Below, piece after piece: positions 19,947 to 28,503 of a stretch of 64,000 nt of DNA. The stretch is from a virus: the IMG/VR virus record IMGVR_UViG_3300036768_000767, positions 2,341 to 66,340 of that record; one strand, given 5' to 3'. The position numbers and the translations under genes were made by a program. The notes under the pieces are model-generated. The model was not told the origin of the DNA, made no database searches, and worked only from the letters and a program-made list of their open reading frames with translations. Numbering within the stretch: position 1 is the stretch's first letter; each line of letters begins with the position of its first letter.

Positions 19947-20423
19947 ATGAGTGTCACCTCCGCCGATATCCGCACGGTCTGGGACGAAAGCGTTCTGCAG
20001 CACGCCACCGTGCAGGGGTACACCGACAAGACCTACACCTACGATGTTTCCCAAGACTCGCAATTCGACTTGGCCCGCCTGTATTCGGACGCCGACGGCG
20101 AAGGCCCACGACTGAACTTCTTTCTCTGTCTCGTCCAACGAAAGGCCGAGCCCCTGGAGATCGGCGGGGGCACCCGGTACACGTTCGAAGTCCGGCTGGA
20201 GTATTATTTGCAGCAGACGGATGAGGCCGAGAGTACGTTCAACACACTCGTGGACCGCTTGGAAGCGGTTGACGATTTGGTGCAGGCGGCACTCGGCAAG
20301 ACGTGGTCCGCCACGGTCGACTACTGGCGGGGCGGGGAGCCGCTCAAGGTGGCTACGGTCACCATCGACGAGCGGGCGTGTTGGAAGGGGGGATTTACAT
20401 ACACGGCTTTCAAGACGGCATAG
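19947..20423 (+). CDS. Putative tail terminator/completion protein
   Basis: Size and position just before the tail tube gene. Confidence 0.55.
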   Translation: MSVTSADIRTVWDESVLQHATVQGYTDKTYTYDVSQDSQFDLARLYSDADGEGPRLNFFLCLVQRKAEPLEIGGGTRYTFEVRLEYYLQQTDEAESTFNTLVDRLEAVDDLVQAALGKTWSATVDYWRGGEPLKVATVTIDERACWKGGFTYTAFKTA

Positions 20424-20438
20424 GGAGAGATTTCAAGT

Positions 20439-21500
20439 ATGGGTAGCATTTCTGGTTCGCAAACAAACATTGGAGTCAAGATCGCCAGCACCTGGGGAAC
20501 GGCGGTGGCGGCAGGCTCGGGCAACAAGTTCGGCGGGGAACTGACCCCGAATTTCGACCCGGCCTCGATCCTTCAGGCTCGAGCAGTGGGCTCAGGCTGG
20601 TACATGCTCCCCGACGAGACGAAGGGCGCGGTCATCCCGACGGTTTCACTGGTAGGCGATCTCGGTTACCGGAACAACTGGGACGTCATCTTGGCTCAGA
20701 TGATGGGCACGGCGGCCGCTCCGACCGAGACGACGACCGGCCAGGCAGACTACAAGCACGTGGTGAAGTTCAACACGACCCTGAACACAAAATATGTCAC
20801 GATCGCCTGGGAATCGAGTTCGACCACGACCATCGAGATCCCGACTGCCGCGTGCCGGAAGTTCGGTATCAAGACCACGTCGATTCCGGGATACCTCGAA
20901 GCATCCGCGGAACTCCTCGGCGGGCAGGTGAATCTGTCCAGTTCCACGAACACCAACACCACGCTCCAGGCGACGACCTTCACCGAGGGCACGCCAGAGC
21001 TTGTCGCCTGCGACTATTCCGACTACTACCGCCACAACGTGGCGAGTGGTTCCGCGCTCAACACGGGCGACACGTACGCCATAACCTCGTTCGACTTCAA
21101 TCTGGAACGACCGCAGGAGATCATCCCCGAGATCAAGGGTGGGACCGCTTGGGGCGTCCCGACCGCAAGCGGGTTCGTGAACGGTACCCTCGCCGTCACG
21201 GTGAAGGAATTGGCTGACCATGCCATGTTCACCATCTGGAACGCGGAGACGGCGTACAAGGCGATTATCAACGTCCAGGGCACGCAGATAGGCACGGGCA
21301 CCAATAAGACGTGGGCCATTTACATCCCGCGGATGAAGCTCATCAGCGCGCCGGTATACGCGGTCACTGACCCCGGTACGAACACGCTGTCGCTCAAGTG
21401 GGATCTCTTGTACACGTCCACTGCGCCGACGGGCATGACGGGGTATAACTACCCGGCGTTCGAGATCACCAATACTCTGAGCACATCGCTTTTGGCTTGA
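20439..21500 (+). CDS. Major tail (tube) protein
   Basis: Thr-rich 353 aa, GVKIASTWGT, YKHVVKF, EITNT; upstream of chaperones/TMP. Confidence 0.8.
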   Translation: MGSISGSQTNIGVKIASTWGTAVAAGSGNKFGGELTPNFDPASILQARAVGSGWYMLPDETKGAVIPTVSLVGDLGYRNNWDVILAQMMGTAAAPTETTTGQADYKHVVKFNTTLNTKYVTIAWESSSTTTIEIPTAACRKFGIKTTSIPGYLEASAELLGGQVNLSSSTNTNTTLQATTFTEGTPELVACDYSDYYRHNVASGSALNTGDTYAITSFDFNLERPQEIIPEIKGGTAWGVPTASGFVNGTLAVTVKELADHAMFTIWNAETAYKAIINVQGTQIGTGTNKTWAIYIPRMKLISAPVYAVTDPGTNTLSLKWDLLYTSTAPTGMTGYNYPAFEITNTLSTSLLA

Positions 21501-21714
21501 CGATTCCTCACCCCTTCGGGGGTGAGGTTCCCCTCACGGGCGCTCGTCGTCATGAGCGGGCAAGAATGTTCCGTGCGGCGTTCACGTCCAGATCGTGGAC
21601 GGCGCCGCACGTTGGGCAATACCGCTGCCCTATTTCTTCTCCGACACGTCCCTTTTCTTTGGTAATACGGTTTTTCGATTGCGGTGCCGTGTTCCCGACT
21701 GGCATAGTTTGGGG
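21497..21714 (-). mobile_element. Non-autonomous IS200/IS605-family remnant (tnpB 3' end + right end); left end at 21661 or 21714
   Basis: Minus strand encodes CPTCGAVHDLDVNAARNIL*, then subterminal hairpin 21506-21527 and terminal TCAA; TTAC candidates at 21662-21665 and 21715-21718. Confidence 0.8.
21550..21620 (-). pseudogene. tnpB: TnpB C-terminal fragment (Zn ribbon half + RuvC-III)
   Basis: C..CG..HD.D.NAA.NI signature. Confidence 0.8.
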
Positions 21715-21785
21715 GTAACCCGATGACAGTTTGAGGCCCTCGGGTGCGGTTTACGGCGCGGGGGTCATTTCATTTCACGAGGATT

Positions 21786-22136
21786 ATGAAGGTTTCGAAG
21801 CAGATCACCGGCAGTGCCAAAGACTGGCAGTTTACGTTCGACCAGGCCAATCTGAACGACTGGACGATCATGACGCAGGAGATGAACAACCTGGAGCGTA
21901 TCCAGAAGCTCCTACCACGACTTACCGGCGTGGCAAACATCGCCTACGACGACGGGACCCCGATTACGTTCGAGCAGATCCAGGCCCGAGAGGCCCCGAT
22001 TGCCGTCTATATCGCCATGACCTTGGCCTGGAACGACGCCGTGTCGAACGCCTATAAGGTGGAGGCGGAAGAAAAAAACGAGTCAACGGGCGACTCATCC
22101 GACTCCTCCGAGCCCGGCTCTTCGAGCCCGGCTTGA
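21786..22136 (+). CDS. Tail assembly chaperone (gpG-like)
   Basis: GAGGA RBS; between tube and TMP; slippery A AAA AAC at 22073-22079. Confidence 0.75.
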   Translation: MKVSKQITGSAKDWQFTFDQANLNDWTIMTQEMNNLERIQKLLPRLTGVANIAYDDGTPITFEQIQAREAPIAVYIAMTLAWNDAVSNAYKVEAEEKNESTGDSSDSSEPGSSSPA

Positions 22137-22417
22137 ATTGCGCCACTTGTTACACGATTTACGCAAAGAACAAGAAAAAACCGGCCTGCCTCGTAGGTCG
22201 CTGCCATATCGTCGACATTGCCCCGGACATCGAGCTGAACCGGTTGGTGAATGCGTTCCTGGAGTGCGAGATGCTGGAGATGTCTCCCGGCTACGCACCA
22301 TACCAGCGGAAGATCCTGAAGGAGTCGGGGCTTCTCAATGAGTCGCCAGCGACCATCTTGGCCTTGAAAAGCGTTCTAGCGGACTATAGGGATTGGAAGA
22401 ATAAGATGGGCAAGTAG
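22073..22417 (+). CDS. gpT-like extension via -1 frameshift (gpGT)
   Basis: -1 frame is open from the slippery site into ORF 22133..22417 (CxxC...C). Confidence 0.7.
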   Translation, partial: KKRVNGRLIRLLRARLFEPGLNCATCYTIYAKNKKKPACLVGRCHIVDIAPDIELNRLVNAFLECEMLEMSPGYAPYQRKILKESGLLNESPATILALKSVLADYRDWKNKMGK

Positions 22418-22421
22418 GCGG

Positions 22422-25400
22422 ATGGCTTTCGGCGGCGGAAACGACATATCACTCAAGGTGTTTTTGGAGACAGCCGAGGCGAGCGGTAACGCTGAGCGGT
22501 TCTTCAAGGATTTTCTTCATGGGGTCGCCGAGGGGGCCGCGGCTGAGCAGAAACTCGCCGACGGCCTAAAGAAGGTCGGCAATGAAGCCAAGGCCGCCGG
22601 CGAGAAGATTGAGGACGGGTTCTCAAGGGCTCAAAGGTCGATCATATCGGCCAATCAGGCGCTCGAGCTTGGGAAGAAGGCTGCGAGCGGATTCGTCTCG
22701 ATCTTGAATTCCATCCCCGCGATCGTCGAGCGGGGGAGCGGGTTCGATGACCTCGCGAGCAGTTTCGAGAATTTCGCTAGGCAGGCCGGGATAACGGGCG
22801 AGGCCCTCGAACGGCGGTTGAACGCTGCCCTCGATAACACCATTTCCAAGCGAGATCTCTACCAACAGTCCGTGGAAGCGATGTTCGCCGGGCTGAAAAT
22901 CGACCAGATCGAGGTAGCAGCGCAAGCAGCTCGCGCGTTCGGTGACACCCTCGGCGGATCGACCAAGGATAACCTCGACCAGTTTACCAACGCCCTCGCG
23001 AAGGGCAACGACATGTTCTTCAAACGGCTCGGCATTCTCGTCGACAACGCCCGAGCTGAGCGCGCCTACTTTCAGCAGATGGGAGCATCCGCCGCGGAGG
23101 CTGAGGAGCTCCGAAGGGTGCTCGACGAAGGCACAAAGGCTGAGATCGATCGGGCGGCCGTCATAGATGTGCTGAAAAAGAAACTCGAAGAACTCGGCAC
23201 GCCGACAGAGGACGCCGCGGATAACCTCGACCAACTTCGGGCGAAGAGCGCGAACGCCTTCGACGAGATTGCTCGGGGCATCGTCACGAACACGCGCTTC
23301 CAGGAGTCCCTCGTTAATGTCGTCGAGGCTATCAACGACTTCGACCCGCAGGTTATCGTGAATGGGTTTAGCATAATCGCTGAATCGATTGCAGCCCCCA
23401 TCAAGCTTCTTGATCAGTTTGCTGACGGCCTTACCTCGTTGATTCAGAAGACGAACCGGGAGATCGATGAGGATGCTGGCGACAGGAGTATCACGAAACA
23501 GTTGCTCAACATCACTGATCTACTCAGCAAGGGTGGGGGCGGGGATATCGACGCCACTATCGCGGCTGGAAAGCAGATCCTCGAGGTTCTGAAGCGACTT
23601 GAGGACGAGATCAAACAGGGCAACGAATTATTCGCGAGCGCGTTTTCGGGGGACCTACTCAAACTGCAGGAGCAGTATCAGTCTCTGGCGAAGAGCCAGG
23701 GGGTGTACGCCAAGTTACTCGAGCAGGAGAAGGGGGCGACCATTGCGGCTGGGCAGGCGACGAAGGCTCTCAACACTGCCGTGGCCGACAGTGTGAAGAA
23801 GGTCGAGATACAAGGCAAGACGACGAAAGCCACGACCAAGACTCTCGCCGACTGGAGAAAGGAACTAGCCGATATCTCGAGCAAAGGAAAAAGGAGTGTC
23901 GACGAGGTTACCAGCAGTTTGGAAAAGATGCGGTCCTCGATTGGTACCGCCCTCCCGTCTGAGGTGATCTTCGAAATCGAGGCGGCGTTCGGAAAGTTTG
24001 CGCTCGGTACCAAAGAATTAGACGACGCGCTCTCAAAGGTAATCGAGAAGTACGCCAAGCAGAAGGATATTCTTCAGGCCATCAATCAGAAGATCGCTGA
24101 GCAGGTCAAGCTTACCAAGGAGGGTGGTTTCGCCCCGGGTGACAACAAGAGCATTGCCGAGTTCATGCAGCAGCAGAACCAGCAGGCCAAGAAGGATGAT
24201 AAAAGTGGCTTGGGTAAAAGCCTTGTTGACGCTCTCGGTATCGAAGATCTTTCAGGGGAAATCGCCCAGGAAATGCAGGGCACGCTCGACAGCGCGCTCT
24301 CTCAGGCATTCAACGGACTTACTCAAGCCGCCATCAACGGTGATGGCAGGGCGGCGGCTCAAGCGGCTGGTCAGGCGATCGGTACCGTCGTCGGGGCGGC
24401 GATCGGTGCGTACTTCGGCCAAGCTGCGGGAGCAGCGGCGGGTGCGCAGATAGGCGGGGTTATCGGCGGATTCGTTAGCCAGATCGCGGCTGACTTATTT
24501 GGTTCGGACAGCGCGGGTACCAAGGCCCGTAAGGCTGCAGATAAGTTCTTCGCGGAGATGTTCGACGAGAACCGTCTATCTGCCATCGTCGAGGGCAAGA
24601 TCCAGCGCATCAGGGACCTCGTGTTCAACAAGACCGGTGGGCAAGATCTCACCAACTCGAGCGCGACCGCTTTCGACGGCCAGCACTTCGCCGACGCGTT
24701 CAACCAGTTACCCGCTCAGGTGCAAGCGGCGTTTCAGAGCGTCGGTAACTCCATGGAGGAGTTCCTCGGTCTCTCCGACGATATCTCAGGACAGATCGGG
24801 GCGATCCTCTTCAATAATATCGGCGGCAACATCGAAAACTTGCAGGTCCTGGTGCAGACTCTCGGGAAGAGTTTCGACGAACTAGCCGAGAAGCTATTCG
24901 AAGCATTCTTCGACGGCACGCTTTCGCTCGAACAACTCCAGGGCGACCTACAGGGGCTCAACGATATCTTCACTGCCGGGCTACCAGGGATCGGCCAGGT
25001 CGAGCAGGCCATTCAGAACTTCCAGATAGCCTTAGCCGACGACAAGGGTTCGCGAATCCTCTTCGACTCGCTGCGGGACATCGCGGCAGAGTCGAAGGAA
25101 CTCGGCCTGAGCTTTGATCAGATGGTGGCTCGCATCGCCCAAGCCTTCGGGCTGGGGGCGTCGCAGGTCCAGCAGTTCCTCGAGGCCATGAAGCTTGCGG
25201 GTATCAAGTCCATCGATGACCTGGTGAATGCTGGAAACAATAAACTTGCGGCGCTCGCCCTCAACATCAAGCAGGTTAGTGAGGGCAATACTCCGACCAA
25301 TACCCCGGTCACTGACCCGACCGTAAACCAAACTCCGCCCGGCAATTTCAGCGATGGAAAGTTTAACTTTCCGGGAGGCGGGGGTAGCAAAGGCAGTGGC

Positions 25401-26891
25401 AACACTACCGCCAAACGCACCGCCGACGAGGCGAAGCGCAAGGCCGAGCAGGCGTTTCAGAACGTCTACAAGCTCCTGACCGCGTCGAAGCAGTATGAGA
25501 ACATCCTCTCGAGGCTTGCGGCCAAGGACATCGATCGGATGGAGGCGAACAAGGAGATCCTCGCCCTATACAAGGAGATTACGAAGGAGACGAAGATTGT
25601 TGCCGACCTGCAGGAGAAACTCGAAAAGGCGCTCAAAGCCCAAGATGCGAAGAAAATCGCTGAGCTTGCGGCGAAGCTCAATGAGGCCGAGAAGAAGCTC
25701 AAGGAGACGACCGAGAGCGCTACCTCGTTCAATGATTCGCTCAAACTCGACCTCTCGAAGATCACGCCACTCATAGGAAGCCTGAACGAACTGGGAGCGC
25801 TCTCGCGCGCAGTCGGGGTCAACATCGAAGGCATCACAAATACGCTGGTTCAGGGTTTTCTTCGTGGAAAGATCTCCCTCAAGGAGTTTCACGACGAGCT
25901 GAAGAAATCAGAAAATATCCTCGGTAAGGGCATCCCAGGGGCCGTGGGTGCCGTCGACCAAGCCATCAACAACCTCAAGGAAGGTGGCCTAAACGGCGGA
26001 CTGTTCTCGATAGACGCGTTCCGGGACATCTTCACTGAGGCGAAGGAGAAATTCGCTGAGCAGTCGAGCGAGACCCGAAAGCAGCAACTTGCGATTCTGA
26101 CCAAGGAGTTCAACACGGCACGCGACCAGTTCCAGAAAGCAATCGATTCGGGGGTCGATCCGGTCAAGATCGCCGAGCTGCGAAAGGAGTTCGAGGCTGC
26201 GGATAAAGCGCTGAACGATTTCCTAAACACGCCGAACAAGATAGGCTTCGAGGACTTGCGGTCATTCATCGAGCAGACGCTCAACCCAGAGCAGGCCAAG
26301 ATCTTCTTTCAGACGCTAGCCAACTCCGGCATCACGAGCATCGACGAACTCGAGAACGCCTCGAACGAAACGGTCACGAAAATTCTATCCGACCTTGCCG
26401 ACCTCGGATTCAACTTCGGTGAAACTTCCCAGCGGGTGAAGGATATCAACAAGGAAGTCGACCAGGCGATCACCAAAGCCAATGGTGGGAAGGACGTGCT
26501 CCAGGCCGCGCTCGACACGATCAAGCGGTTTAATGACGCGCTCGTCATACTCCCCAACCAGACCAATGCCGGCTCGAGCGCGTTGGCAGTGCTTGCCAAG
26601 GGTTTCGATGACATCATCGAGAAGGTGGCGGAGCTCGACGGTCGGACCTTCGAAAATGACATTATCTTCAATATCAAGACCAACGGCACGGCAAGTGAAA
26701 AGGCCCTCGTCGATGTGTTGTTTGGCGATGGCAGCGGCTCGGCCAACAACGCATCGAGCGGCTCGCCGGGTCTGACACCCCGGCAGGCTGCCCGCAGGGA
26801 TTATCTCCTCAAAAAGAAGAATCGGCTGGGCAGGCTGAGCGCCTCCGAGCAGCAGCAACTCAACAGTCTCATCGCGCAGGCGGGGGCGTAG
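22422..26891 (+). CDS. Tail tape measure protein
   Basis: 1489 aa helical, KRLGILVD, Gly/Ala-rich TM-like segment; follows the chaperones. Confidence 0.9.
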   Translation: MAFGGGNDISLKVFLETAEASGNAERFFKDFLHGVAEGAAAEQKLADGLKKVGNEAKAAGEKIEDGFSRAQRSIISANQALELGKKAASGFVSILNSIPAIVERGSGFDDLASSFENFARQAGITGEALERRLNAALDNTISKRDLYQQSVEAMFAGLKIDQIEVAAQAARAFGDTLGGSTKDNLDQFTNALAKGNDMFFKRLGILVDNARAERAYFQQMGASAAEAEELRRVLDEGTKAEIDRAAVIDVLKKKLEELGTPTEDAADNLDQLRAKSANAFDEIARGIVTNTRFQESLVNVVEAINDFDPQVIVNGFSIIAESIAAPIKLLDQFADGLTSLIQKTNREIDEDAGDRSITKQLLNITDLLSKGGGGDIDATIAAGKQILEVLKRLEDEIKQGNELFASAFSGDLLKLQEQYQSLAKSQGVYAKLLEQEKGATIAAGQATKALNTAVADSVKKVEIQGKTTKATTKTLADWRKELADISSKGKRSVDEVTSSLEKMRSSIGTALPSEVIFEIEAAFGKFALGTKELDDALSKVIEKYAKQKDILQAINQKIAEQVKLTKEGGFAPGDNKSIAEFMQQQNQQAKKDDKSGLGKSLVDALGIEDLSGEIAQEMQGTLDSALSQAFNGLTQAAINGDGRAAAQAAGQAIGTVVGAAIGAYFGQAAGAAAGAQIGGVIGGFVSQIAADLFGSDSAGTKARKAADKFFAEMFDENRLSAIVEGKIQRIRDLVFNKTGGQDLTNSSATAFDGQHFADAFNQLPAQVQAAFQSVGNSMEEFLGLSDDISGQIGAILFNNIGGNIENLQVLVQTLGKSFDELAEKLFEAFFDGTLSLEQLQGDLQGLNDIFTAGLPGIGQVEQAIQNFQIALADDKGSRILFDSLRDIAAESKELGLSFDQMVARIAQAFGLGASQVQQFLEAMKLAGIKSIDDLVNAGNNKLAALALNIKQVSEGNTPTNTPVTDPTVNQTPPGNFSDGKFNFPGGGGSKGSGNTTAKRTADEAKRKAEQAFQNVYKLLTASKQYENILSRLAAKDIDRMEANKEILALYKEITKETKIVADLQEKLEKALKAQDAKKIAELAAKLNEAEKKLKETTESATSFNDSLKLDLSKITPLIGSLNELGALSRAVGVNIEGITNTLVQGFLRGKISLKEFHDELKKSENILGKGIPGAVGAVDQAINNLKEGGLNGGLFSIDAFRDIFTEAKEKFAEQSSETRKQQLAILTKEFNTARDQFQKAIDSGVDPVKIAELRKEFEAADKALNDFLNTPNKIGFEDLRSFIEQTLNPEQAKIFFQTLANSGITSIDELENASNETVTKILSDLADLGFNFGETSQRVKDINKEVDQAITKANGGKDVLQAALDTIKRFNDALVILPNQTNAGSSALAVLAKGFDDIIEKVAELDGRTFENDIIFNIKTNGTASEKALVDVLFGDGSGSANNASSGSPGLTPRQAARRDYLLKKKNRLGRLSASEQQQLNSLIAQAGA

Positions 26892-26897
26892 CTTGGC

Positions 26898-27728
26898 ATG
26901 GCGTCGTCCTTTCTCATCTGCTACCCCGACGTCCCGGTCAATGCGCTCGTCACGTCGGCCTCCGCGACGTACGACACGGACTACCCATTCTGGAACACGT
27001 TCACCGGGGCTAGGAGCGGTTATGCCCAACTCGCGGCCTCAAACACCACGGTCACGCTCACCTATGACCTCGGTACTGGGAATAGCCGGACGATCGACCA
27101 CTTCATTCTCGGCGGGGTCAAGCTGCTGAAAGCCAACGGCGTCACCCAGGCCGTAGTCCGGGGTAGTAACGACAACGTCACCTACTTCAACGTGCTCGGC
27201 ACGTCAGGGTCGTTCCAAAGCCGGACGTTCGACGGCCCGGACGACTCGGATATCATCTTCACCACGAGTTACAATGACACCTACGGCAACACCCCGGCGG
27301 CCTATCGGTACTACCAGGTGGTGCTCGCCGGCGGTACGCATACCTTTCCCGTCTCGAAGATCTATTTCGGCGCTGCGTTCGACATGGGGAAGGAGCCGGA
27401 CATGTACGAGCCTGAGTACATGACCGAGCAGGACGCCGATACGTGGCGCTACCAGCGGGGTAATATCCTCATGACGCGGGCGTTCTACCCGCGACTAAAG
27501 CTGACGGTCGAATGGGATGCTGTGACTGACGCAAAAGCTGCCGAGTTCGAGACCAGTATACTGAAGAATCCCTTCCGGGACTCGGTGTTTCTATACGCGG
27601 CGACGTACAACGATCCGCTCTACGACAACAAGCTACTCCATTGTCGGGTACTGTCCGAAGAGTGCTCCGTGGAGCGGAAGAAGCAGGACTGGGCGACGGT
27701 GAAAGCGGTATTCGAGGAGCTCGTCTGA
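26898..27728 (+). CDS. Tail tip / distal tail protein
   Basis: Beta-rich, directly after TMP; similar architecture to next gene. Confidence 0.65.
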   Translation: MASSFLICYPDVPVNALVTSASATYDTDYPFWNTFTGARSGYAQLAASNTTVTLTYDLGTGNSRTIDHFILGGVKLLKANGVTQAVVRGSNDNVTYFNVLGTSGSFQSRTFDGPDDSDIIFTTSYNDTYGNTPAAYRYYQVVLAGGTHTFPVSKIYFGAAFDMGKEPDMYEPEYMTEQDADTWRYQRGNILMTRAFYPRLKLTVEWDAVTDAKAAEFETSILKNPFRDSVFLYAATYNDPLYDNKLLHCRVLSEECSVERKKQDWATVKAVFEELV

Positions 27729-27731
27729 CGC

Positions 27732-28496
27732 ATGGCTTCGAACGTCCTCCTCGCCAACGCAGGCATCCCGCTCACCAGCACCTATTCATGTACCAACACG
27801 CCCGACACTACCTACGGGTTGAACAATCTGGTCGGTGGGAATAAGACGGACATCTTTCGCCTTGCGACCGCCGCAAGCGGTGACACGACGATCACCTACA
27901 CGCCGACTGCGGCTTCGACAGCGAATTTCCTCTACATCGCCCGCGCGGACCTGTTGAAGGCTTCGGGTGTGGGCACGATCACGCTCAAGGGAAACTCGTC
28001 CTCAAACTACGCCACGGCGACGACCGTCACTACGATCTCATCCTTTGGGGCCGCCACGCTCATGGGGCCGCAGTCGGAAGACTACCTCACCACTTTTACC
28101 ACCAGCGCAAGTTACGCCTACTGGTTTGTCAACTTCAACGCGGCCTCGGCCTCGAAATGCCCGTGCGCGAAGGTTTTCTTCGGGAACTACTTCGATCCCG
28201 GCAAAGACCCGACGGACAAGGTGGTGATTAGGCGGAAGCGGCCAACGAGCCTGCGTAAGCGGTCGCTCTACACTTTCGACTTATCCTGGGAAGGTCTCAC
28301 CTACGCGAACACGGTGATCTTCGCGAATAGGTACGCCCGGAACCGGCGACACAATCCGCTCATCCTGTTCACGACGAGCTACCACGGGATATTCTCGAGC
28401 CAGAAGGTGATCCTCTGCCGGATGGTCGATTTCACATTCCCGCCGCGTGCGACGGACTTTTGTGACGTGACGGCGACTTTCGAGGAGATCTTGTAA
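27732..28496 (+). CDS. Tail tip protein (paralogue-like of previous gene)
   Basis: Shared K.[YF]FG..FD.GK[ED]P and terminal FEE[LI] motifs. Confidence 0.65.
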   Translation: MASNVLLANAGIPLTSTYSCTNTPDTTYGLNNLVGGNKTDIFRLATAASGDTTITYTPTAASTANFLYIARADLLKASGVGTITLKGNSSSNYATATTVTTISSFGAATLMGPQSEDYLTTFTTSASYAYWFVNFNAASASKCPCAKVFFGNYFDPGKDPTDKVVIRRKRPTSLRKRSLYTFDLSWEGLTYANTVIFANRYARNRRHNPLILFTTSYHGIFSSQKVILCRMVDFTFPPRATDFCDVTATFEEIL

Positions 28497-28503
28497 GGGG
28501 GGT

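Noticed and set aside
21497-21718. ORF-track 73-aa plus-strand ORF
   Set aside because: It is the antisense of the tnpB remnant.
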